From an uncultured Planctomycetia bacterium (GTDB taxonomy: Bacteria; Omnitrophota; Gorgyraeia; Gorgyraeales; Gorgyraeaceae), in NCBI GenBank assembly GCA_964566255.1, contig CAZMID010000002.1, positions 30,923 to 94,922 on the forward strand: a stretch of DNA of 64,000 nucleotides, in the 5' to 3' direction. Position 1 is the first letter of the stretch, and each line of letters begins with the position of its first letter. Both the position numbers and the translations under genes were made by a program. Below are positions 9,462-19,452 of this stretch, piece by piece. Below the pieces are notes generated by a model, which did not search any database, was not told the origin of the DNA, and was given only the letters and a program-made list of their open reading frames with translations.

Positions 9462-11549
9462 ATGAAATATAGAATTTATATATTTTTTCTTTTTATCTTT
9501 TTATTGTGTAATATTTTATATGCACAGGAATCTGCAGGGCCAGTTGAGGTCAATGGAGACGAGGTAGAGTATTTTCCAAGAGAAAAAAAGATACTAGGCG
9601 TAGGTGATATATCTATTGAATATGAGGATGCTAAGCTTACTTGCGAAAGAATAGAAGTATTTACAGATACAAAAGATGCAGAAGCAGAAGGTAATGTGGT
9701 TTTAAAGACTCCCTCAGCTGAATTAGAAGGAGAAAAGATAAAATATAATTTTGAAACTAAAAAAGGAGAGATTTTTAAAGTAAGAGTAACGTCAGCTGAA
9801 TGGCATATAGGTGGAGAAAAGGCAAAACTTTTTTCAGATGGCTCTGTACAGGTAGAAGACGGATATATAACAAGTTGCAACAAGGATAGACCTCATTACA
9901 GGATAGGTTCAAAAAAAGTATTGATATATCCAGATAATAAAGTTGTGGCAAAAAATGTTGTGCTTAAGACAGGAGCCGTTCCTCTTATGTATTTACCAAG
10001 GTATGATTATTCTTTGGATACAGACTGGCCTACTATAAACATGATACCTGGTAAAAAAAAGAAATGGGGTGCGTTTGCGCTCACAAGTTATAGATTTGAT
10101 ATAGATAAAGATAAAAAACTGAATCTCAGGATAGATGAAAGACAGAAGTGGGGATTAGGAGAAGGACTTGATTATAAGTATTTCTCCAGTGATTTTGGAG
10201 AAGGGCTTTTAAAGACCTATTATACTCATCAGCGAGATAGAGACAGGAATGAGTCTTTTAAGTCAGAAGAAGAAAGATATAGACTGCAGTTGAGGCATCG
10301 TGTAGATCTAAGTGAAAGTACTTCTGCTCTTTTAGAATGTCATAAGCAAAGTGATGTAGATATGGTAAAGGATTTCTTTTATAGAGAAGAATATGATAGA
10401 GAGTCATCACCAGAAAGTTATCTATATCTATTAGATAGTCAGCCAGAATATTCCTTGAGTGCTTTGACACGCAAAAGAGTGAATCATTTTCAAACTATTA
10501 CAGAACGTTTACCCGAAGTGAGGTTTGATTTAAAAGAGCAGAAATTATCAAAACTTCCTTTTTATTTTAAGACGGATACTATGTTTTCCAATCTGAATAA
10601 TAAAGCACTAGACGCTTCTAGTGAAGATGATCATCTGATTAGATTTGATACGTATAATAAATTAACTAGCCCCATGAATCTTTTTGGTTTTTTGAGTGCT
10701 TCCCCCTTTGTTGGTATGAGGGATACATTTTATAGCAGAAATTTAAATAGCGATGAAAGTGAATTGAGATCTAATTTTTACTCAGGCATTGACCTTAGCG
10801 CAAAATTTTTCAAGACACACGATGTTCAAGGTAGCTTTTTAGGAGTAAACTTTAATAAATTACATCATATTATTACACCGACTGTAGAATATGAATATAT
10901 CCATGAGCCATCCACGACATTTGGTAAATTTTTCCAATTTGATGATATTGATAGCATTGAGAGAAAAAGTAGCTTTACCTTAGGCCTTGAGAATAGACTT
11001 AAGACAAAGAGGTTAGTCGACGGTAAGTTAACATCGTTTGATCTTGGATATTTTTTGTTAACAGGTGATTATCTTTATAAACCTGAAAATGGTAGTCAAC
11101 TTTCGAATATAGCGGGGGATTTGCAACTTACACCTTTTGAATGGCTTGAGATAAGCTCTGATACGCAGTATGATCCTGCTACAAGAGATTTTCAAAGTTG
11201 TAATGCAGAGTTGTATATAGACAAAGACTATTGGAGGTTGGGATTTGCTTCAAGATATTGGCAGGATACAGAACACGAGCTTACATCAGAATTATTCTAT
11301 AAGGTTAATGACGAATGGTCGTTCAGATTATTTGGAAGGTATGATTTAAAAGAGGTTGAAAGCGATGGTAATAAGATAATTAATCGATTCAGCGGAAAAG
11401 AAATATCTATTATGAAAGATTTACACTGTTGGATAGCTGAGGCGAGTTTGGATATAGATAGAGATGGTGGTACGACTTTCTGGTTGGCTCTAAGACTGAA
11501 GGCATCACCTAAAGTCCCGTTTGATTTTAAAGATTATTATGCATTTTAG
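9462..11549 (+). CDS. lptD: LPS assembly outer-membrane protein LptD-like
   Basis: Signal peptide, OstA-like beta-jellyroll (AEGNVVL, ITSC...PHY), long beta-barrel, DLHCW near the C-terminus. Confidence 0.8.
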   Translation: MKYRIYIFFLFIFLLCNILYAQESAGPVEVNGDEVEYFPREKKILGVGDISIEYEDAKLTCERIEVFTDTKDAEAEGNVVLKTPSAELEGEKIKYNFETKKGEIFKVRVTSAEWHIGGEKAKLFSDGSVQVEDGYITSCNKDRPHYRIGSKKVLIYPDNKVVAKNVVLKTGAVPLMYLPRYDYSLDTDWPTINMIPGKKKKWGAFALTSYRFDIDKDKKLNLRIDERQKWGLGEGLDYKYFSSDFGEGLLKTYYTHQRDRDRNESFKSEEERYRLQLRHRVDLSESTSALLECHKQSDVDMVKDFFYREEYDRESSPESYLYLLDSQPEYSLSALTRKRVNHFQTITERLPEVRFDLKEQKLSKLPFYFKTDTMFSNLNNKALDASSEDDHLIRFDTYNKLTSPMNLFGFLSASPFVGMRDTFYSRNLNSDESELRSNFYSGIDLSAKFFKTHDVQGSFLGVNFNKLHHIITPTVEYEYIHEPSTTFGKFFQFDDIDSIERKSSFTLGLENRLKTKRLVDGKLTSFDLGYFLLTGDYLYKPENGSQLSNIAGDLQLTPFEWLEISSDTQYDPATRDFQSCNAELYIDKDYWRLGFASRYWQDTEHELTSELFYKVNDEWSFRLFGRYDLKEVESDGNKIINRFSGKEISIMKDLHCWIAEASLDIDRDGGTTFWLALRLKASPKVPFDFKDYYAF

Positions 11550-11558
11550 GGAGATATC

Positions 11559-12848
11559 ATGAATGTTTGCATAATTGGCGCAGGTTATGTAGGTTTAGTT
11601 ACGGGAGCATGTTTTTCTGAGCTGGGGCATAAGGTTATCTGTGTTGATAATGACAAAAAAAAGATAGAGATGCTAAAGAAGCTGAAAGTCCCTTTTTATG
11701 AAAATGGCCTTGAAGATATGATAAAAAGAAATGTAAAAGAGAATAGGCTTTCTTTTTCATCCAGCATAAAGGAAGGCGTAAAGAAATCTCTTATTATTTT
11801 TATATGCGTTGGTACACCTCCCATGCCCAATGGAGAAGCAGATCTTTCTTCAGTAGAACATGTTGCAGGACAGGTCGCAAAAGATATGTCTAGTTATCGG
11901 CTTATAGTTGAAAAAAGCACTGTTCCGGTTGAAACAGGCAGATGGATAGAGCATACAGTAAAGCTGAATATTAAGAAAAAGGTAAAATTTGATGTAGCAT
12001 CTAATCCTGAATTTTTAAGGGAAGGTTCGGCAATAGAGGATTTTTTGCATGCTGATAGAATTGTAATAGGCGTTGAATCAAATAAAGCAAAAAAGATGCT
12101 TCTGGAATTATACAGAAATATTGATACAGAATTTGTAGTAACTGATATAAAAAGTGCAGAGCTCATAAAGCATGCTTCAAATTCGTTTCTTGCAACAAAG
12201 GTTTCTTTTATAAATTCAGTTGCTAATATATGTGAGCGGACAGGCGCAGATATTGCTAAAGTAGCACATGGATTAGGGCTTGATGGGAGGATAGGGAAGG
12301 ATTTTTTAAAGAGTGGCATAGGATATGGCGGATTTTGTTTTCCGAAAGATTTAGACGCCTTTATACATATATCTGGCAAGTTAGGTTATGACTTTTCGAT
12401 TCTAAAGGCGGTAAGAAAGGTGAATGAAGAACAAAAGGCCTTATTTGTAAGAAAGGTTGAGGAAGCATTATGGGTTATAAAGGGGAAAACTATAGGGATT
12501 TTAGGTCTGTCTTTTAAGCCAAATACTGACGATATGAGATTTGCACCCTCGATAGATATAATAAATTCTTTAAAGAAAGATGGTGCTAAAATAAAGGCAT
12601 ACGATCCTCAGGCAATGGAAAATGCAAAATCTATTTTAAAAGGAGTTACTTTTTGTAAAGGTGTATATGATACAGCTAAAAATAGTGATACCCTTCTTAT
12701 ATTAACAGAGTGGCATGAATTTGAGGTTATAGATCTTGGACGCATAAAGAAACTTCTTAATAAACCTTTGATTATAGATGGAAGAAATATCTTTGATCCA
12801 GAAAAGATGAAAAAGCTTGGATTCAAGTATATTTCTATAGGGAGATAG
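11559..12848 (+). CDS. ugd: UDP-glucose 6-dehydrogenase
   Basis: GAGYVG, EKSTVP, NPEFLREG, GYGGFCFPKD, FKPNTDD, DGRN. Confidence 0.95.
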   Translation: MNVCIIGAGYVGLVTGACFSELGHKVICVDNDKKKIEMLKKLKVPFYENGLEDMIKRNVKENRLSFSSSIKEGVKKSLIIFICVGTPPMPNGEADLSSVEHVAGQVAKDMSSYRLIVEKSTVPVETGRWIEHTVKLNIKKKVKFDVASNPEFLREGSAIEDFLHADRIVIGVESNKAKKMLLELYRNIDTEFVVTDIKSAELIKHASNSFLATKVSFINSVANICERTGADIAKVAHGLGLDGRIGKDFLKSGIGYGGFCFPKDLDAFIHISGKLGYDFSILKAVRKVNEEQKALFVRKVEEALWVIKGKTIGILGLSFKPNTDDMRFAPSIDIINSLKKDGAKIKAYDPQAMENAKSILKGVTFCKGVYDTAKNSDTLLILTEWHEFEVIDLGRIKKLLNKPLIIDGRNIFDPEKMKKLGFKYISIGR

Positions 12849-12852
12849 GAAT

Positions 12853-13314
12853 ATGATAAAACATGTTCAGGTAAAAAAACTAAAGCTGATTCCTGACGAT
12901 CGTGGAAGATTGATGGAGATTCTTCGTTCAGACGAAAAGATGTTTCAGAATTTTGGCCAGGTATATATGACAACTGCATATCCTGGTATAGTAAAGGCAT
13001 GGCATTATCATAAAAAACAAGATGATTTTTTTACCTGCATATCTGGAACTATGCAACTTGCACTTTATGATGCCCGAGAGGGTTCAACTACGCATAAAGA
13101 GGTAAATGGTTTTATTATTAATCTTGAGAATCCTATTTTAGTAAGGATTCCGAAAGGTGTATATCATGGTTTTAAGTGTGTCGGGAACAAGGAAGCAGTG
13201 GTAATAAATGTTCCTACATTAGCATATAATCACACTGAACCCGACGAGTATCGTGTAGATGCATTTACTAATGATATACCGTATGACTGGAAGAAGGAGT
13301 ATAAAACACAATGA
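12853..13314 (+). CDS. rmlC: dTDP-4-dehydrorhamnose 3,5-epimerase family (short cupin)
   Basis: DDRGRLME, KAWHYH, GVYHGF; adjacent to rmlA and rmlB. Confidence 0.85.
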   Translation: MIKHVQVKKLKLIPDDRGRLMEILRSDEKMFQNFGQVYMTTAYPGIVKAWHYHKKQDDFFTCISGTMQLALYDAREGSTTHKEVNGFIINLENPILVRIPKGVYHGFKCVGNKEAVVINVPTLAYNHTEPDEYRVDAFTNDIPYDWKKEYKTQ

Positions 13315-14036
13315 AAGGTATTATATTAGCAGGTGGATTAGGAAAAAGACTCGAACCTTTGACTAGGATAACAAATAAACATCTTTTACCTGTTTATAAT
13401 AAGCCAATGATATTTTATCCTATTCAGACTCTTGTAGATGCTGGCATAGAGGATATTCTTATTGTTACTGGTGGAAGTCATGCAGGTGGGTTTCTTCGAC
13501 TTTTAGGAAATGGCAGCGAGTTTGGCTTAAAACATATAAATTATACTTATCAAAAAGGAGAAGGCGGGATTGCAGAGGCTTTAGGCTTAGCAGAGCATTT
13601 TGCAGATAATGATAAAACAGTTGTTGTTCTTGGAGATAATATTATTGAAAAATCTATTAAAGAATATGTAGACGATTTTATAAAACAGCCAAAAGGTGCA
13701 AAGGTTTTACTTAAAGAAGTAGATGATCCTGAAAGATTTGGAGTAGCAGAGGTAGAGGGCGATAAGATTTTAAAAATAGTAGAAAAACCAAAGGTACCCA
13801 AGTCAAAATATGCTGTTACGGGGATTTATATGTATGATGGAAGAGTTTTTGACATAATAAAGACATTAAAGCCATCTGATAGAGGAGAGCTTGAAATTAC
13901 GGATGTAAATAATGATTATATATCTAAAAGAGAAATGAGCTTTTCTGTATTAGATGGTTGGTGGTCGGATTGTGGTACTCATGAATCATTATTAAATGCA
14001 AGTAATCTTGTTGAAGAAAAGGAGCATTCCAAATGA
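13311..14036 (+). CDS. rmlA: Glucose-1-phosphate thymidylyltransferase (short SpsI type)
   Basis: GIILAGGLGKRL, KHLLPVYNKPMI, LGDN, PSDRGELEITD. Confidence 0.93.
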   Translation: MKGIILAGGLGKRLEPLTRITNKHLLPVYNKPMIFYPIQTLVDAGIEDILIVTGGSHAGGFLRLLGNGSEFGLKHINYTYQKGEGGIAEALGLAEHFADNDKTVVVLGDNIIEKSIKEYVDDFIKQPKGAKVLLKEVDDPERFGVAEVEGDKILKIVEKPKVPKSKYAVTGIYMYDGRVFDIIKTLKPSDRGELEITDVNNDYISKREMSFSVLDGWWSDCGTHESLLNASNLVEEKEHSK

Positions 14037-14986
14037 AGCTTCTTATTACAGGTGGTTGTGGTTTTATAGGCTCTAATTTTGCGCGGTATATTCTGGATAA
14101 ATATTCAAACTATAAAATCATAAACCTCGACAAGCTTACCTACTGTGGCTGTCTGGAGAATCTAAAAGATATCGAGAACAACGAACATTATACTTTTGTG
14201 AAGGGTGATATTTGTGACGGAAAACTCGTTAATACTCTTACAAAGGAATGCGATGTAATAATTAATTTTGCTGCAGAAAGTCATGTAGACAGATCTATCG
14301 AAAACGCAGCTTCTTTTATATCTACTAATGTTGAAGGTGTGCGCGTTCTTTTAGATGCAGCAAAGAAAAATAAAGTTAGAAGAATTATTCAGATAAGTAC
14401 AGACGAAGTATATGGAAGCACACAAAAGGGCTCTTTTAGAGAGGATAGCCTACTTCATCCAAATAGTCCGTATGCAGCTTCTAAGGCGGGAGGAGATCAT
14501 TTAGCATTGGCATATTATACTACTTTTAAAGCCCCTGTTATTATTACAAGAAGCAGTAATAATTTTGGGCCATATCAGTTTCCAGAAAAGGTTATACCTC
14601 TTTTTATTACAAATCTGTTGGAGAATAAAAGAATACCCCTTTACGGAGATGGTTTAAATGTTCGCGATTGGTTGTATGTAATGGATAATTGCAGTGCCAT
14701 AGATGTTGTTTTACATGAAGGTAAAATAGGAGAAATTTATAATATAGGTGGAAGTTATGAAATACCGAATATAGAACTTACACATATAATATTGAATCTC
14801 TTAGGTAAGGACGATAAAATGATAGAATATGTCCCTGATAGATTGGGTCACGATAGAAGATATTCTTTAGATTCTAAAAAGATAATGCAACTAGGTTGGA
14901 GCCCAAGTGAAAGTTTCGATAAAGCGATAGAGAAAACTATAGGATGGTATAAAAACAATAAATCATGGTGGAAAGGAATTAAATGA
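14033..14986 (+). CDS. rmlB: dTDP-glucose 4,6-dehydratase
   Basis: GGCGFIG, AAESHVDRSI, STDEVYG, YAASK, DRLGHDRRY. Confidence 0.96.
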   Translation: MKLLITGGCGFIGSNFARYILDKYSNYKIINLDKLTYCGCLENLKDIENNEHYTFVKGDICDGKLVNTLTKECDVIINFAAESHVDRSIENAASFISTNVEGVRVLLDAAKKNKVRRIIQISTDEVYGSTQKGSFREDSLLHPNSPYAASKAGGDHLALAYYTTFKAPVIITRSSNNFGPYQFPEKVIPLFITNLLENKRIPLYGDGLNVRDWLYVMDNCSAIDVVLHEGKIGEIYNIGGSYEIPNIELTHIILNLLGKDDKMIEYVPDRLGHDRRYSLDSKKIMQLGWSPSESFDKAIEKTIGWYKNNKSWWKGIK

Positions 14987-16287
14987 TAAATCAGTTGAAA
15001 TCGAAAATAGAAAATAAAGAGTCTAAAATTGGCATAATAGGTCTTGGTTATGTAGGACTTCCTTTGGCAGTAGAATTTTCAAAGGTAGGTTTTAGCGTAA
15101 CAGGATTTGATATTAATAAAAATAGAATTTTTCAGATAAACGGAGGATCTTCATATATCCTTGATGTATTATCAAAGGATGTAAAAGATTTGGTGTCATC
15201 CAATAGATTAATAGCTACAAACGACAAAGACTTATTGAAAGGAATGGATATTATTGTAATATGCGTTCCCACACCTCTTCGTAAAACTAAAGAACCAGAT
15301 ATATCATTTATTCTTTCAGCAGCAGAAGATATTGTCGCTAACTTGAGAAAAGGACAGCTTGTAGTCCTCGAGAGTACAACCTATCCAGGTACGACAGATG
15401 AGGTAATACTTTCTAAGTTAGGAGCAGATAGCTTGAAGGTTGGAAAAGATTTTTTCCTGGCTTTTTCTCCTGAAAGAGTAGATCCAGGAAACCCAAAATA
15501 TAAAACAAAAGACATTCCAAAGGTAGTAGGAGGAGTTACTAGTAACTGTACTGAGCTTACTAAACTTTTATATTCTCAGATAATAGAAAAAGTAATTCCT
15601 GTTTCGAGTACTCGTTCTGCGGAAATGGTAAAACTTCTAGAGAATACTTTTAGAAGTGTAAATATAGGTCTTATAAATGAGATAGCCCTTATGTGCAATA
15701 AGATGAATCTTGATATATGGGAAATTATAGACGCTGCTAAGACAAAGCCGTTTGGTTTTATGCCGTTTTATCCTGGACCAGGGCTCGGTGGACATTGCCT
15801 TCCATCTGATCCTATTTATCTTTCCTGGAAAGCAAGGACGCATGGCTTTGAGGCGAGACTGGTAGAACTTGCGGCAGAGGTAAATTCATATATGCCTCAT
15901 TATGTAGTTGATAGAATAGTAGAAACTTTAAATGAACAAAAGAAGGCGCTTAAGGATTCAAAAATTCTTGCCATAGGGGTTACGTATAAAAAAGATATTA
16001 ACGATATGAGAGAATCTCCTGCGCTTACAATAATCAATTCGCTTATTGAAAAAGAAGCACATGTTCAATACCACGATCCCTTGGTATCAAGGTTTAAGGT
16101 AGATGGTTTAAAGTTAGATTCTGTAAAATTGACAAAAGAAAATATTTCATCAAGCGACTGTGTTGTAATTGTGACCGATCATTCAACTTTAGACTATAAA
16201 TTAATAGTGGAAAATGCGAATTTGATACTTGATACGCGCAATGTTTTAACTGCTTTTAAAGGCAATAAAAATATAATAACTTTATAA
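14983..16287 (+). CDS. UDP-N-acetylglucosamine 6-dehydrogenase (WbpA/TviB/WecC family)
   Basis: GLGYVGLP, ESTTYPG, SPERVDPG, KLLENTFR, GGHCLP, YKKDINDMRESP. Confidence 0.92.
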   Translation: MINQLKSKIENKESKIGIIGLGYVGLPLAVEFSKVGFSVTGFDINKNRIFQINGGSSYILDVLSKDVKDLVSSNRLIATNDKDLLKGMDIIVICVPTPLRKTKEPDISFILSAAEDIVANLRKGQLVVLESTTYPGTTDEVILSKLGADSLKVGKDFFLAFSPERVDPGNPKYKTKDIPKVVGGVTSNCTELTKLLYSQIIEKVIPVSSTRSAEMVKLLENTFRSVNIGLINEIALMCNKMNLDIWEIIDAAKTKPFGFMPFYPGPGLGGHCLPSDPIYLSWKARTHGFEARLVELAAEVNSYMPHYVVDRIVETLNEQKKALKDSKILAIGVTYKKDINDMRESPALTIINSLIEKEAHVQYHDPLVSRFKVDGLKLDSVKLTKENISSSDCVVIVTDHSTLDYKLIVENANLILDTRNVLTAFKGNKNIITL

Positions 16288-16300
16288 AGGAAGACATGTC

Positions 16301-17263
16301 ATGAAATTTTTAGTTACAGGCGGTGCAGGTTTTATAGGTTCGCATATAGTCGATGCCCTTGTAAGAAATGGTGACAAGGTAAAGGTTATCGACGATTTTA
16401 GTTCAGGCAGGCGTGAAAACTTAGAAAGTATAATACATAAAATAGAGCTTTTTAAGGGAGACATAAGAGATGTAGATTTAGTTTTTAAAATTATGCAGGA
16501 TGTAGATTATGTTTTACACCAGGCAGCATTGAGGAGTGTTCCTAAATCTCTTGTCAAACCAGAGCTTTATAATGATGTGAATATAAATGGGACATTAAAT
16601 ATTTTAAATTCGGCAAAAGATAATAAGGTAAAACGCGTAGTTTTTGCCTCTTCAAGTTCTGTTTATGGGAATGTAGACAAATTACCCGAAAAGGAAGATT
16701 TTTATCCACAGCCTATCTCTCCGTATGCGCTTACTAAATTAGCTGGTGAATATTATTGTAGGATTTTTAGCGAGATTTACCACCTTGAAACAGCAAGCCT
16801 TAGGTATTTTAATGTTTTTGGACCTAGACAAAACCTAGATAATGAGTATGCTGTTGTAATCCCTAAGTTTATAACGTGCATGCTTAAAGGCGAATCACCT
16901 CCGGTTCATGGAGATGGAAAGCAGACCCGTGATTTTACTTATGTAGAAAATATAGTTCAAGGTAATATAAAAGCTGCTTCCGCATCTAGCATAGAGAAAA
17001 GTGAAGTTTTTAATATTGCTTGTGGTAAGGCCTATAGCATTTTAGACATAGTTAAATATGTAAATAAAATTCTTAATAAAGAAATAAAACCTGAATTTAC
17101 TTCACAGCGCTTAGGAGATGTGAGATATACTTTGGCAGATATTGAAAAAGCAAGAAAGCTTATTAAGTTCGATCCTAAGATTAATTTTGAAGAGGGACTT
17201 GTGAGGACTGTAGAATATTTTAAAACTGAGATTGAAAAGACAATAACGGAGAAGACAAGATGA
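16301..17263 (+). CDS. NAD-dependent UDP-HexNAc(A) 4-epimerase (WbpP/TviC-like)
   Basis: GGAGFIG, HQAALRSVPKS, SSSSVYG, YALTK, RYFNVFGPRQ; follows the WbpA-like gene. Confidence 0.85.
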   Translation: MKFLVTGGAGFIGSHIVDALVRNGDKVKVIDDFSSGRRENLESIIHKIELFKGDIRDVDLVFKIMQDVDYVLHQAALRSVPKSLVKPELYNDVNINGTLNILNSAKDNKVKRVVFASSSSVYGNVDKLPEKEDFYPQPISPYALTKLAGEYYCRIFSEIYHLETASLRYFNVFGPRQNLDNEYAVVIPKFITCMLKGESPPVHGDGKQTRDFTYVENIVQGNIKAASASSIEKSEVFNIACGKAYSILDIVKYVNKILNKEIKPEFTSQRLGDVRYTLADIEKARKLIKFDPKINFEEGLVRTVEYFKTEIEKTITEKTR

Positions 17264-18258
17264 AAAGAGCCTTAATAACAGGTATTACAGGTCAAGATGG
17301 AGCATATTTGTCGAAATTGCTATTAGAAAAAGGCTATGAAGTGCATGGAATTGTCAGGCGTGTGGCACTCGAAGACCCTGAACACCGGTTGTGGCGCATA
17401 AGACCTATTTTAAAAAGAATAGTTCTGCATGCCGGTTCTTTAGAAAGCTACGCTAGCTTATTTAATATTGTAGAAAAAGTAAAACCGGATGAATGCTATC
17501 ATCTTGCAGCGCAGAGTTTTGTGAGTTATTCTTTTGAAGATGAATTTTCTACTATCAATACTAATATTAATGGTACTCATTATATGCTGTCATCAGTAAA
17601 ACATAAGGCCCCAAAATGCAAGTTTTATTTTGCTGGTAGTTCAGAAATGTTCGGACTAGTTAGAGAAAGTCCACAGAATGAAAATACTCCGTTTTATCCT
17701 CGTTCCACTTATGGGATTTCCAAGGTGGCTGGTTTTGAGCTGACTCGTAATTATCGTGAGGCTTATAATATGTTTGCCTGCAGTGGAATACTTTTTAATC
17801 ACGAGTCTCCTATGAGAGGTTATGAATTTGTTTCCCGAAAGATAACCAGTGGAGTAGCCAAGATAAAAGCCGGTATTAGGAAAGAATTAAAGCTTGGAAA
17901 TCTTGAAGCAAGGAGGGACTGGGGATTTGCTGGGGATTACGTAGAAGCGATGCATGTTATGCTTCAGCAGGATGTCCCAGATGATTATGTTATTGCTACA
18001 GGTGAGACGCATACAGTTAAAGAATTCGTTGAAGCAGCTTTTAAACATGTTGGGCTTAATTGGAAGGATTATGTTATTATAGATAATAATCTATACAGGC
18101 CTTCCGAAGTGCATGAACTTAGAGGAGATTTTAGAAAGGCTAATGAGATACTAGGATGGCATCCAACAGTCAAATTCGAAAATTTAATTAAGATGATGAT
18201 AGAGGAAGATCTAAGGGCTCTAGATGTGCATTCTTCATCGAAAGAGATAGCGTCCTAA
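17260..18258 (+). CDS. gmd: GDP-mannose 4,6-dehydratase
   Basis: GITGQDG, LAAQSFV, SSEMFG, YGISK, GILFNHESP, RDWGFAGDY. Confidence 0.96.
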   Translation: MKRALITGITGQDGAYLSKLLLEKGYEVHGIVRRVALEDPEHRLWRIRPILKRIVLHAGSLESYASLFNIVEKVKPDECYHLAAQSFVSYSFEDEFSTINTNINGTHYMLSSVKHKAPKCKFYFAGSSEMFGLVRESPQNENTPFYPRSTYGISKVAGFELTRNYREAYNMFACSGILFNHESPMRGYEFVSRKITSGVAKIKAGIRKELKLGNLEARRDWGFAGDYVEAMHVMLQQDVPDDYVIATGETHTVKEFVEAAFKHVGLNWKDYVIIDNNLYRPSEVHELRGDFRKANEILGWHPTVKFENLIKMMIEEDLRALDVHSSSKEIAS

Positions 18259-18390
18259 TTACCAAAAAGTATATATTTTTGATATTACTAAGATTTCCAA
18301 GGTGCTAATTGGAAGCCTATCTTAACTCCTGAGAATGGCCTTGAGAAGTTAATAGAGTTAGTAGAAGCTGACATTGAATATTCCATATAG
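18251..18390 (+). pseudogene. Frameshifted C-terminal remnant of an extended SDR (RfbE/CDP-paratose 2-epimerase-like)
   Basis: 18251-18307 reads RPNYQKVYIFDITKISKVL; after a 1-nt frameshift 18310-18390 reads WKPILTPENGLEKLIELVEADIEYSI*; resembles the WRPGDQKVYISDI.K...LGW.P tail as recalled. Confidence 0.6.
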
Positions 18391-18441
18391 CTGCTATATT
18401 CCTTCCTAGGTATTAATTTAATACTAGCATATAAAATTATA

Positions 18442-18470
18442 TTGACCTTTCCTTTTATTTCTTTTATAAT
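18442..18470 (+). promoter_or_regulatory. Putative sigma70 promoter heading the export/tailoring operon
   Basis: TTGACC (18442-18447), 17 bp spacer, TATAAT (18465-18470); GGAGG RBS before GTG 18517. Confidence 0.75.
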
Positions 18471-18516
18471 TATAGAACGTCCCTACCTAATATATTGTAT
18501 ATAATATGGAGGATAT

Positions 18517-19452
18517 GTGGTCAAGAGAGCATTAATAACAGGCGGAGCAGGTTTTCTCGGTTCTCACCTTTGTGATCAGTTCATAAAAGAAGATTATAAG
18601 GTTATCTGTTTGGATAGCCTTATAACAGGTAACATGTCAAATATTCATCATCTTAATAAAAATCCAAAATTTCAATTTATAAAACACGATGTCTCAAACT
18701 ATATAAATATTGATGGAGACATAGATATTGTTTTACATTTTGCATCTCCTGCAAGCCCTATAGATTATCTAAATTATCCAATAGAAACTCTCAAGGTTGG
18801 TTCCTTGGGTACTCATAATGCGCTTGGCCTTGCGAAGAAAAAAAAGGCCAAGTTTTTACTTGCCTCCACCTCAGAAATCTATGGAGATCCAGAGGTACAT
18901 CCTCAGCCAGAGACATATTATGGGCATGTAAATTGTATTGGTCCACGTAGTGTTTATGATGAGGCAAAGCGCTTTGCAGAGGCAATAACCATGGCTTACC
19001 ATAAGGCCTGCGGCCTTAGTACATATATAGTACGTATATTTAATACATATGGCGCCCGGATGAGAAAAGAAGATGGTAGAGCCATACCTAATTTTATAGG
19101 TCAGGCATTAAAAAATGAACCTATAACAGTTTATGGTAAGGGGGCTCAAACCAGGAGTTTTTGCTATGTAACTGATCTTATAGAAGGAATTTATTTATTG
19201 AGCGAGTCTAATGTTCATGAACCTATAAATCTTGGCAATACAGATGAGATAAAAATCCTTGACCTAGCTAAGAAGATCATCGAGCTTACCAAGACTAAAA
19301 GCAAGATAATTTATAAGGGTCTTCCAAAAGATGATCCAAGATTAAGACAACCTGATATAACAAATGCGAGAAAACTTCTTAACTGGAAGCCAAAAGTTGA
19401 CCTAGGGCAAGGATTGAAAGAGACTATAACGTGGTTCGCCGAATTGGGATAA
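18517..19452 (+). CDS. UDP-glucuronate decarboxylase (UDP-xylose synthase)
   Basis: [50 protein letters not shown]. Confidence 0.9.
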   Translation: MVKRALITGGAGFLGSHLCDQFIKEDYKVICLDSLITGNMSNIHHLNKNPKFQFIKHDVSNYINIDGDIDIVLHFASPASPIDYLNYPIETLKVGSLGTHNALGLAKKKKAKFLLASTSEIYGDPEVHPQPETYYGHVNCIGPRSVYDEAKRFAEAITMAYHKACGLSTYIVRIFNTYGARMRKEDGRAIPNFIGQALKNEPITVYGKGAQTRSFCYVTDLIEGIYLLSESNVHEPINLGNTDEIKILDLAKKIIELTKTKSKIIYKGLPKDDPRLRQPDITNARKLLNWKPKVDLGQGLKETITWFAELG

